DNA of 64,000 bases from Azolla caroliniana (Eukaryota; Plantae; Polypodiophyta). The notes below the pieces were generated by a model. It saw only the letters and a list, made by a program, of their open reading frames with translations, had not been told where the DNA came from and ran no database searches. The translations under genes and the position numbers were made by a program. This document shows positions 31,763-42,979 of the stretch, one piece after another (positions within the stretch are counted from its first letter, which is position 1; each line of letters begins with the position of its first letter). The stretch is from positions 15,934,001 to 15,998,000 of the forward strand of contig JBHGNT010000003.1 of assembly GCA_043228905.1 (NCBI GenBank). Reading direction: 5' to 3'.

Positions 31763-34572
31763 TCAATGTATAAGCAAATATGGCACACTAGGCTCTTCAG
31801 GTGCTGATTGTTCTAGACTATTCTCATTTGTGTCATCTCCACGCTCTCCTGAATCTGATGTATGTTCAAATTGTGTTACATCTTCTAGGTCCACAAGCTC
31901 CCCTACTTCTTCATCAATAGGTTCCATTGGTTCTCGTGAAGTCATTTCGAACATCTTTGTCTCATTGATGTGCTTAGCTCCGACTTCTTGATCCTGATCT
32001 AGACAGTCCCAAAATCCTGTGATCCTCATTTTGATGAAGTTAACTTGTGCAGGGTCCTTCTCTAAAGCAACACAGTTTCGAAACATCTTCAATGCACAAG
32101 CTGTTGTAGTACCTAATGGCCGCATGAACACAAACAAGTATATATAAGAATTAAAGCCTTAAACTTGATCGACAGAAATCAAAGTGAATATATTTTATAT
32201 ACCTGTGCCAGAGAACAAGTCTAGGACCCAATCATCTAGATTCGAGAAGAGCTCTAGGAGGCGGTTGATCAATCTTCAAGGTTTTTGATAAGGATTCACC
32301 ATACTCTTATCACCTGAAACATGCCTTAATTTTTTTGTGACAGTTGGGCACATGATATAATTTACCACGTTACGCTCGTTGACATGTGCTCTAGACTTCT
32401 TCTTTCTTATTGAATCATAGTAACCCACACAAAAATGTTCGACCGCACTAACCATTCGATCGCTAGGGCTACGTGTAATATTTGCTTTAATCCTACAGAG
32501 AAATAAAACCATGTGTTAGGGGTATGAATGTCAACATATAATAACAAGTATCATAATGATTAAAAACAAACTGTGACACACCAATGCATGTGTTCAGTGG
32601 CATGACAACGTGACTTCAGAGCTGTTGTGTTTGACAGTGATTGCCCCATGCTATGGAATATGATTATCCTCCACAAGGGGGCCAATGTCAGTTTGGCAAA
32701 ATCCTTTACCATCTTCTCGATTTGGGGGTACTTGAAAGGCACATCATCATATGTTCATCCTACAATTCGAAATCCATATGGTATGTCGGCTATCAGCAAA
32801 GTGTAGTGCCTTCTCGGCAACATATCGAGTATTTGTGATACTTCCCCATTAAATACACTATAATGTAACTGTTTATAAGGATCGGACCTATGCAAAAAAC
32901 TCTTCACAGTCTCCGAATCCTCAGGCAGTTCCATCTCTTTCCCTTCGGTCATTCTCTTCTCATACTTTGCACGTTCTAAGCGTGTGTTAAAGGCAGTTGG
33001 AATACCATCATTATTGTCGTTGGTCTTTTTAGATTTCGATGGTTTCTGCAAGTGTCAATGTTGTTAGGAGAGAACATTAGCTTTCAATGTATTAACATTC
33101 AAATGACACATACCCATTCTCTAAAAACAATAAAATATTCCTCCAATGCCTTGTAGGAAGAAGTTATTGGGCATGCTTGCTCCACTTCTTCCCATGTCGG
33201 TAAACTCAATTTTTGCATCATCAACTCCTGAATCTTCATGTATACCTTGTGACTATACAATAAATATGAAATTAAAAATTAAAAATCAATAATAATAGAA
33301 GAATATCTTGAAACATTGTATACTATAAACCCTTACTTTTGCAATTCAGTAACCATCTCGTCCAAACTAAATTCCTTGGCAACAACTCGAGATAGCACTG
33401 ATATTAATAGCCTATCATCTTTAATACCTTGTAATGACCTCCAAGGTAAAAGTTTCATGTCTTCTGCTAACTCCTCGATTACCAAGTCGTTTTTGCCCTT
33501 TGACTTTGATTTGATCTCAACTTGTGGATCAATCCTTCCCTTCTTTGACCTTTGCCCTTTGAACTCTTTCCGCTCCCACATGCTAAATATTTTTTCCTGG
33601 AGATCCCACACCTCTTTGGTCCCAAAGGCTAGTTGAAACTAGGAATCATATTTTCGTAGCCCTTCTAATTTTGTGCTCTCATCCACTGCAATCCCCACTT
33701 CCAGTAAACACTAGCGATGCAAACCAGGCCACAACCTTGGGCCAAAACGATTTAATGCATCTAGGTACTCATGATGAAAAAATCTAATCCTTTCAATGCA
33801 TGACATTTTTTTCCTATAATCATTATCATTGTTATGGTCCCATGCTAGTAGCTTCGCCTCCTCATGAGTGAGTCCTGCATATACTTTACATTTGGCGTAC
33901 TTAAAGAAGGGGGTGAGAGGGTATTCTTTCATAAGTTGTCTACGAGCTTCGGCCGAATGCGATCCTCCAATTACATAATATGTATAATCATCAACAGAGC
34001 TATACTTGAAGTCTGCTATTGTTGGACATTGATCTTGATCGACCATTACTAAAAATGGCACGACAGTAGCATGAGGATTCGTTTTCATTTTGCTCTTCAA
34101 GTTTTGCACATGGACATCGTGCATCTCTCTAATTTCTAGGGGACGTCTTCCAGTCAAGGGATCAATTGGGGGCCTCTAGATTGAAGTAATTGGCAAATGA
34201 AACAGCTGCCCCTTACGCACAAGTTTTGTCTTAACAATATTTTCTCTTATTTTATTTTGTTTAGACGTCAATACACCGGAAGATAGTGGACATCCCGGAG
34301 CCACGATGTCGACTTGTTGCTCTTTTTCTTCCTCCACGAATTCTGTTTAGACGTCAATACACCGGAAGATAGTGGACATCCCGGAGCCACGATGTCGACT
34401 TGTTGCTCTTCATCATCGGGTCGTGGTCGTGGAAGATAGCCCTTTTTTCCACCAAAATCCAATGCACTGCATCAGATTTTGGTTGAATGTCCCTCCTTTC
34501 AACCAAAATCCGATGCACTACATCGGATTTTGGTTGAATGCCTTGATTGTGACATGACTTCTCCTTAACCAT
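31763..34572 (-). pseudogene. Spliced ParB/Srx-like domain plus beta-class DNA N6-adenine/N4-cytosine methyltransferase gene with ~5 in-frame stops
   Basis: GT-AG introns 33253-33336, 33046-33113, 32493-32581 and 32113-32202 join one frame: YYVIGGSHSAEARRQL ... LLIADIPYG (motif IV) ... HW/IK...VEHFCVGY ... NPYQKP.RLINRLLELFS..DWVLDLFSGT/GTTTACALKMFRNCVALEKD (motifs X, I, II); 5' end uncertain (possible exon ~34706-34810). Confidence 0.88.
34258..34410. repeat. 67-bp direct duplication in the 5' part of the MTase gene
   Basis: tgtttagacgtcaatacaccgg...gttgctctt at 34258-34324 and 34344-34410. Confidence 0.85.
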
Positions 34573-35053
34573 CTAGTGAAGTTTAAGTGCATTTTAATTC
34601 AATGGTGTCTTTGCTTAACAAAATATTTGGGGATTATTTCTTATTGTGAAAATGAATCTTTAAGGCATCTTTTAGAATCTTAAAAAATGTAAAGAATATT
34701 GCTAACCTAGCAATCTTCTTTCCCTTGTTCATGATGCCTGGCGGAGGTAGTGCTTCGGAGTGCTTGATATTAGTATGTGCTCTGAGCTCGATGGATTCTT
34801 TGTCACGATAATGAAAATGAAATTTGAAACTTCATTATATATAAATGTTTTTTTTTTAAATAAAAATTATTTTTTAATTTTTTTTTTTTGAAATTTCTCT
34901 TCATAAAAAGTGTTATAGTGTAACCAATAACTCATGTCTAGTTCTAATAGTTATATAGTAAAGATTCAACGTTCCTTAATCTTTTCTATAGAGGAGTTCG
35001 GTATATAGCCCTTTGATGGTAGTGCCACAGGGTTTGTCTTGATAGTTTTGAGA

Positions 35054-37733
35054 ATGCCTTCTTCTACAAGTAGAACGTCTTTTTTTTCTATTGCCCTCTT
35101 TTCTTTGTCCAACAACTCATATTTCTCAATAGAAGAGTACGATTACAAGAGATATTCGAAAGGCTCGCGTAAAAAACAGAAAAGTGAGGCTCCTAGTACC
35201 TCGAATTCTCTTTTTTCAATTGATCCTGTTGATGGCCCTCTTCATGTAAGCTTAGAAGTGAAGTCCGATACTTCTATAGATAACAGTAGTATTAGTAAAC
35301 CACTTGTATTTAAAAGAATCCCTCGACAAGTTAGTGAAAAGATATTTAATTTTTTATGTTATGATCGTCAACTTCTTTGTGACTTCAACAAAACATATTG
35401 TGCGAATCTCTACCTTTCAATTTATGGAAAGTCGAGGTTACGTGAAACACGACAAAAATATTTGTCGCTTAATGTGGAAGAGCAGGACACATTTCTTCTT
35501 TCTCATATGCAGCTAAAAATGGATCACAACGCAGGGTCTAATTCTACCCAGGTTGAATATTTCCTTGGACTATATACTAAGTGTTGTCGAGCCGCTTTTA
35601 AAATCGCTCATAGCATTGGAAATATGCGGCTGCAACGAGTTCAAGAGCGTCTTCTAAAGGGATCGTGGATACCGTTGGATCGAAATGGTTCTAGATTTAA
35701 GGGTCAAATTGGGCAACACACAATTAGGTGGATGGAAGTATATTTTTCAAAACAATGCGACAATATGCCTACGACAGGAAGACTACATTTGTCAGATAAC
35801 TTTACTCGAAGGGAAGTTTACCAATCATACAAGGACGACATGTTAGTAGATGATGCACCTTACATAAAGTATAATCATTTTAATCGATTGTGGAGGTTAC
35901 AATTTAACAATGTGGTTATCCCACGAAAGGTACGAATGGGAGTCTGCTCAATATGTGCAAGTTTAAAAAGTATGCCAAGGGTGGAAAATCAGATGTAGAG
36001 ATAAGGAATTACAAGAACCTATTAAAAGAACATCGTCAAAGTCAAGCATTGGAACGTTCTAAGGCTATGCATCACCGACAAAAAGAGCTTCAATCTCCTG
36101 AAAAGTATAGTGCATGATTATTGATGGCATGGATCAAAAGAAGACTTGTTTGCCGCATTTCCAACGACTCCCAAAAGATATTGTAGATGAGTGCCTCGTG
36201 CAAATGCATCTAGTAGGGTGTTTGACATATTGTCAAACAATAAGGCCACAAGTATTCTTAACTTATCCTAATATCCACAACGACCCTAATCTCATTGTCA
36301 CCGTCATGCACAGAGTATTGCAATCATGGTCAGGCATAGTACCACCAGTTCTATACGTGCAACTAGACAACACAGCAAGAGAGGATAAAAACTCAACTGT
36401 CTTCGGATATCTAAGCGTGCTAGTAGAGAGGGGCATATTTAAAAAGATAAAGGTCAACTTCTTATTAGTTGGTCATACCCATGATCACATAGATCAAATG
36501 TTTAGTAGGTTCTCAAAGAAACTAGCTCGTTGTAATGCTTTCACACTTACCACGCTATCAAAATTGATAAGTGAAGCATATACACCAAAGCCTAAAGCAC
36601 ATCACTTGAATGAGGTGTACGACTTTAAACATTTCTGCATGGATGGTGATGGGACTAAATGAAGGGTGCTTGCACCTCTTAATAATATAAGTTTCAACCA
36701 TGTCTTCCTCATAAAACAAACCTCGGCCCACCTCAAGATGACGGTGTTGTTTGCAAAACAATACTCATCTAGTACACAATGGGAGCCCCAAGAAGATTGT
36801 AGGCTCCTACTTCATATCCCAGATGCACCACTGCATGGTGCACAACAAATGCCATATGATGATCATAAAAATGTGGCACCCAATAGTTCTATTGATGAAC
36901 AAAGGGCATATTGGTTGCGATGTCTTGAAGAGAAACAAAAGAATATTGATCACACAAAGAAGTACGCCGGTGATGAGGATGTTGAATGGTGGGAGATCTT
37001 CTTCACCCATCAACGCACCATTTTAGATAATTACATCGCCGGATTTTGGCCAGTTCATAACCCATTCACATGGAATATTGGGGTGGCATCAATGATATCA
37101 CCGACTCTTCATCAACCATCGAATAATATAGAGCTTCATAATTTAGTCCGACCACAACAAAGAGATATTTACGTGGGATCACGAAAGTCACGTATTGTTG
37201 AGGCAAGATGGCAAGGTAATTTGCAAGAACTACAAGTTGGAATGTTGGTCGCAACATTAGCTGGGGATGATAACTTGGGCCATCCATTTTGGATTGCAAA
37301 AATTATTGAATTAGCGAAGGATGAAGAAGGCAATCAGACAAAGTCAATTGTGGTCCACTGGTATCACAAATCTTCACCTTATGCATTTACGAGAAAGTAT
37401 TCTTTAGAGATGGTTAAGGATGTTGGATGTTCAAACAGAAAGAGAAGAAGAAAGAATATACTGAGCACAGCTACTCTCGCACTAGACCGTGTTGACATAC
37501 TAGTATACGACTTCTCATTGACAAAATTAGACCATCTAAGACAAGCCACCATCAAGATAATAAAGGAGAAAATCCCAAATATGGTATCAAACAATATACA
37601 AAGACTAACTAGAAGCAATTCTCATAACCACAAAGATGTTGGCTTGGAATTCGACGAAGATAATGCATTGATTGCCACTGATGATGAGGATGAGACGTCA
37701 GAATGCTCTTCCAGTCCATCAGACATGTCTTAA
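35054..37733 (+). pseudogene. DDD transposase (Sola1/DUF7869-like) with a C-terminal BAH/SH3-fold-like domain; 2 frameshifts and 1 stop
   Basis: CCRAAF, CSIC, IIDGMDQ, VQLDNTAREDKN, FLLVGHTHDHIDQMFS; frames join with 1-bp deletions near 35973 and 36109 and read-through of TGA 36660-36662; C-terminal PFWIAKIIEL...IVVHWY. Confidence 0.85.
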
Positions 37734-38060
37734 AATGTTGACTTGGTTCAAGCTCGGGATCGTTTTACTACATGATCTGAAACTTTGTAAATTACTTTCA
37801 GATGTTAAAGCACGAATATGTATAATTATAGTTGGTAGTCATGTTGTACATTCTTTTGTAATTTTGGCGATGTATATGTTAGGCATTTTACTTATGTCTC
37901 AAAGTGGTAGCCATGTTGAAATTCAATATATTTTGCCACATTTTTTGAAAAGCTTTACGCATGCATCACGTCTTTTTGTAAACTTCGTGGTTTTGTGCCC
38001 TTTTTCGATGTAGTGTTCTTAAAATGCGATATATTACCTGTTTCAAGTGACCCGGTGTTC

Positions 38061-38982
38061 ACGGATGATCGACCTCGGGATTTGTCTTCTCTCTTGGAAA
38101 TGGATCCATATCCTTGAGTAGCAAGAAGCAACCAATTGTTGCACTTTCAAGCACAGAGGCTGAATACAGGGGCATGGTTGTGGCTGAATGTGAAGTCGTA
38201 TGCCTCAAGAGGATTTTGAAGGATCTGGGCGTTCCCATCAAGGATCCTACTCCCCTTTACTGCGACAACATGAGCAATATTTATTTGGCTTAGAACCCGG
38301 TGTTCCATGCATGCACGAAGCATATCGAAGTGCACTACCAATTCATTCAATAGCGCGTTTAAACTGGAGATGTCTCCCTTCAACACATCAACATGAATCT
38401 TCAGACAACCGATATCTTCACCAAAGCCCTAGTAGCCAACAAGCTTCGGCAATTCATGTTAGACCTTGGACTAACAATCCTTGACTTGCCTAGCTTGAGG
38501 GGGAGTAGAAATACAAACCAAACATTGTCTGAGCCGGGTACCGACCAACGCGGACATCAACTGAAAGGAACCAACCCGAGTTGAGCTTGAGGGGCGTGTT
38601 GAGAATCAAGCTCAACCTAGTCTAGTGTGTGAAAACTCAAAGGTCAAAAGTCACACCACTACTCTCTACACATTAACTATGTGTCATAGAATCCTATTCT
38701 ATGACACATAACTAATGAGTTTCCACATCCCCATGACAGATTAGCTTCGGTAGTTAATGAAGAGAGAGGGTAGCTATATAAAGCACTGTCCTCCTACTTT
38801 GTAAGGAGTCGGTTAATCTCCATTGTAATATACAATCTTCTTGAGTATTTCTATTTTCTATCTATCTTGTGTTCCTCTTCTCAAAAACACACACACATCT
38901 CTAACAAATTCTGTTGCACAAAATCATACCACGATTCTTTACTTTATTTATCTATCTTTTATATCCTTATCTCATGCTTACA
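38061..38982 (+). mobile_element. Element E copia RNase H, PPT and 3' LTR (~38597-38982)
   Basis: STSGFVFSLG, SKKQPIVALSSTEAEY, TKHIEVHYQF, DIFTKAL; TGTTGAG start after the PPT; LTR end approximate. Confidence 0.8.
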
Positions 38983-39002
38983 TTAGGATCTAGCTCTAAC
39001 AA

Positions 39003-39014
39003 TTGGCATCCGAG
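39003..39014 (+). promoter_or_regulatory. Degenerate tRNA-iMet PBS (TGGCATCCGAGC) after an LTR-end remnant ...ctaaca
   Basis: 2 mismatches to TGGTATCAGAGC; preceded by CA. Confidence 0.55.
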
Positions 39015-39144
39015 CTTTTCTTCTAATGTTTCGTTTGTTAATTGACTTTTTGTTGGATGGTGATCGATTGATGTGTGGTCAATATTGATCCAGAAAGGCA
39101 TTAACAAGCGAACTTCAATAACTCTTTCTTCTTCTTTTTCTTCA

Positions 39145-39990
39145 GCGGGTGAAGTTTCGGAGAGCGACGGGTGAATACGAGCTGGGTTTATCCAACACTT
39201 GTCCCTCTCTGGCGCATGGTGGAGGATGCGCGGTTTGGTGGGGGTGGATTTCCTGGAGAAAACCGGCCTTAGGTGGAATCATGGAATTCGGCGCGTGAAA
39301 CGACACTTACATGTGTGCACTCAGCCCAACACATTGTACATAACTAGGAATAGGCCGGCGTGATGTGTATATCCTAGGGAGAATATGTTAATAGGTTAGT
39401 AAATCGAAGCAGATCTCGGTCCGAAGGGATAGAGAATAAAGGTGATGTGACCAGGATGTAACGGTCCCTCCCCGACAACCTATAAAAGGGAAGGGGAGAA
39501 GACAGAAAAGTTATTGCGTTTTGGTAGGGACAAGGTGCTGTCAAACTAGGAACTGAGCTCTCTCCTCCTCTATCATTGTTATCCACAGGGTTTCTGAGTT
39601 GGTTGCCTTTGCTTCGCGGAAGCCCGTGTGCCTTCCGAAAAAGGCTCTACTATGTGTGTGGGTGGGCGAGTGATTGTTTGGGTTGGGTCTGTCGTTGGCT
39701 ATCCGGTTGTAATCTTGCAAACACTGTAACCTTTACTGTTATTGGGATCGAATCTCTTGTTTCCCTCTCTCTTTGTGTTTCTGTGAGTCTCTCTTTTACG
39801 CGAGTGTGCATCTTGCTCGGACACGCAGTAGTGGTTCATTCAGCCGGCAAGTGTTGTCAGTTGCAAATGGGCCTAACCGGCCCAAAGCTTGCGCTCTTCT
39901 CCCGCTCCGCCTTCTTCTCTCTCTTTCTCCTCGGTTCAAGGCCCCTGCGGTCCCGCCTTATTTCCTACGCGAAAGAGGAACAACACGACA
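39145..39990 (+). mobile_element. Element G: 3' UTR, PPT and LTR (~39249-39990) of an A/B-family gypsy
   Basis: PPT ggtttggtgggggtgga as in B; TATA cctataaaagg; terminal CACGACA as in A; copia sequence resumes after it. Confidence 0.7.
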
Positions 39991-42328
39991 CCGTGCTCTC
40001 CCCTCGCAAGGAACCGAGGAGACGGTTCACGTGCAAAGAAAAGGGGTAGAAGAAGATACCGGAATACGACACTGGCAGAGACGAGTCGGATTGGAGTAGG
40101 TCTGACTCCGGACAGAGCAAAGAAGGACCTTCCAAAGAGAAGTTTGAATCGACCATGACGGCCAAGAAATCGGTAGAGCAAAAACTACACCAATCCACCC
40201 GCCAGAAGAACCTTGTAAAAAGGTATGGGTACAATGAGTATATGGCGCATCATGATGCGTACAAGGTGAAGGTGGCAACTATGTGTGAGCCGGAGAGCTA
40301 TGCAAAAGCGGTGAAGGATGCAAATTGGTGTGCCGCTATGGAGGAAGAGATACACGCAGTGACAGAAAATGAGACTTGGGATTTAGTGGACGTACCAAAA
40401 GGAAGAGCCGATCGGTTGTTGGTGGGTATACAAAGTTAAATACAACACCGACGGCTCCGTCAACAAGTACAAGGCCTGGTTAGTATTTTACTTTATGTTG
40501 ATGATTTCGTCATCGCCGACGTCGACCTAGACGAAATTAGCTGTGTCAAGTCCCAACTTGTGGCACATGAAGGATTTTGGGGATCTTCATTACTTCCTCA
40601 GGATCAAAGTGATCCGCACCCCAGAGGGCATACTGATCAGTCAACGGCATTATGTGTTGAGTATGCGCTTCAAATTTTGTATGACGGAAGGCAAATCCGT
40701 TTGAACTCCTCTAGACTAGAATGTGAAGCTTCGCTTTGACTCCAGAACGGCATGCAACCCAAAAATGTTCTGACAAATAGTCAGAACCCTTATCTATCTA
40801 ACCATCACCAGGCCGGACCACAGTTATCTGATCAGATTGATCTGTCAATTTATGGCGCATCCGAATCCTGCAATATGTTAGTGGCACTAAGGATAAGCGG
40901 TTGCTATATCGGACCGGTGTAATCGGACAGCTTGTCGGCTACACAGATGCCTATTGATCGGAGGTCTACATCCGGATATGCGTTTTCACTTGGAAGCATC
41001 GTGGTCGCTTGGAGCAGTAAGAAGCAATTGAGAGTTGCATTGTCGAGCATAGAGGCCGAGTACCGAGGAACGGTTGTCGCGACATGCGAAGCCATATGGC
41101 TCAAGAGGCTCCTAAAGGATCTGCAGGTGGAGGTATCCGATCCGACGGATAACCTTAGCAGCATCCAATTGGCTAGAACCCCGTCTTTCATGCCCAGACT
41201 AATCACATCGAGGTGCACTATCATTTTGTCCGAGAGCGCATTCTGTCCGATGAAGTAGAACTGGTGTATGTTCCGACGGATCGGTAGGTGGCCGATATCT
41301 TCACCAAACATCTAGGCTTAGACAAGTTGCGGCAATTTTCCAGTGCATTGGGTGTGCAATACCTTGATATGATGAACTTAAGGGTGAGGAATGAAAGGAG
41401 GGATGAGAAAGACGACCGAAAAGCTGAGTCGAAAACCGATTTCGACTTCGGCCCAACTGAAGAAGTCAGAGTGCACGAGACGGTGAAGAAGCCGAGACTG
41501 GACGTAAGGGGAGCCACCGGAACGGAGAGCCTAAACCGAAGCCAACTGAAAAAGGGGGAGGCAAAGCCAGAAAGGCCAAGAGTAGGACATGGGCAGATGT
41601 GGTCAAGGGCTTGGAAGAGGACGAATTGGAGGCAACCAATTTAGACAAGAGCTAGAATGAATCGGAGTCACCCGATTCGGAAGCAGTGGTTGATTCGGAT
41701 GAGTCAGATCAACTGAAGACCAAACGGAAAAGAAAGCAGCTAAAGTTGACACCGACACAGATGAACCAGATAGATCGAGGAGTGTGAGCAAGGTGGGAGG
41801 ACGTCATGTGGAACCGGAGGAGAGGACCGACTACCACAGACATAGACACTGCAATCCGACCTCAAGTTCAACTTGAGGGGGAGTGTTGAGCGGACAAGCT
41901 CAACCAAATCCGAATCGGCTGAATAAGCTTGAGCCGGATCGGTGTCCAGAACATAGAACCATATCAGTGTCCAGATGGCATCTGGAACAAGAAGTCGGAT
42001 CAGAGAGACAGACCAGATTGTAATCGGTAGGCCGTTAGCGGCCTACGAATCTAGCCTAATACATAGGTAGATTCCTTGAAGTCAATGTTAGTTGCTCGTA
42101 TGAGCATTGAAGTACCTGTCAGTACTTCTATCGGTCCTTTCATGGACTTGCATAAAAGTGTTGACTGAGCACATTGTAGGTACAGAGAGTTATCTTTTGA
42201 ATCGATGTTTTGCTTTCTGCTCTCTCTCGTGGACTGTGTATTCTAAGCTTCCATTAAACCTATGTTTACTCTTTGTTGCTATCTAGTGTAACTGTTATTG
42301 TCAATGCTTCCGCGTGTATTCATTTACA
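39991..42328 (+). mobile_element. Element H: decayed copia of the D/E family (INT-RT linker, internally deleted RT, RH, 3' LTR 41884-42328)
   Basis: EPESYAKA..WCAAMEEE, ETWDLV, LYVDD, RRSTSGYAFSLG, ADIFTK; PPT then TGTTGAG. Confidence 0.82.
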
Positions 42329-42979
42329 CACTTAAGCAAGTGACAGATTTGACCTATAAAGATAATAAATCCATTTTTGTTCATTTGAATAAATTTCAAG
42401 GTTGTTTTGATCAATTGTCTAGCATGGGTATGAAGTTTGAAGAAGTTCTTGTTTTATGGTTGCTAAATACTCTCCTTAAGTTATGGGAATGTTTTAGGGT
42501 TTCTCTAACTAATGCAACTCCTAAGGGAAGTGTGACAATGGAATATGTGAGGAGTGGATTTCTAAATGAAGAAATGTGATGGAGGATGCAAGCAACAACA
42601 TCATACTTGGAAACTTTGGTTGTTGAAAATAGAGGAAGAAGCAAAAACAAAAATGATGATCAAAACAACAAAGGTAAAAGTAGGAGTAAGTCAAGGTCTA
42701 AATATAAAGATTTAGATAATCATTTTTGTGGTAAGACAGGTCACATAAAGAAATATTGTTTCAAATGCAAGAAAGAGAACAAAATGTCAAACTACAAGAA
42801 AGAGAAGAAGAATGGAAATGACAATATTGAATATGTAAATGTTGCTTTCTCTAATGATTTACTTATTGTATATAATAACAATGAAATTAACATAACCAGC
42901 CATGAAACCACTTGGGTTCTTGATAGTGGTTCCTCACACCATGTTACATCTAGAAGGGAATTTTTCTCATCTTACACAC
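42329..42979 (+). pseudogene. Copia gag-protease fragment (element J)
   Basis: FCGKTGHIKKYC, TWVLDSGSSHHVT. Confidence 0.8.

Larger units (their letters stand above)
30994..38060. mobile_element. TIR DNA transposon (Sola1/DUF7869-like) carrying a ParB-like/DNA amino-methyltransferase gene
   Basis: ~38-bp TIRs GAACACCGGGTCA(T/C)TTGAAACAGGTAATAT(G/A)TCG(T/C)ATT at 30994-31031 and 38023-38060; two divergent genes inside; inserted in copia E RH; TSD ambiguous (AC/AC at the strict ends, or TTGA/ATGA if the ends extend 4-5 bp). Confidence 0.9.

Noticed and set aside
30997-38057. CACTA/EnSpm assignment from CACC-like ends
   Set aside because: No 3-bp TSD, and the transposase motifs (LDN..KN, GHTH.HID) are not TnpD-like
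38597-39014. Tandem element sharing one LTR (PPT-LTR-PBS)
   Set aside because: Family LTRs end in ..TACA, giving ~38982; more simply E inserted near the end of another LTR; not resolvable here
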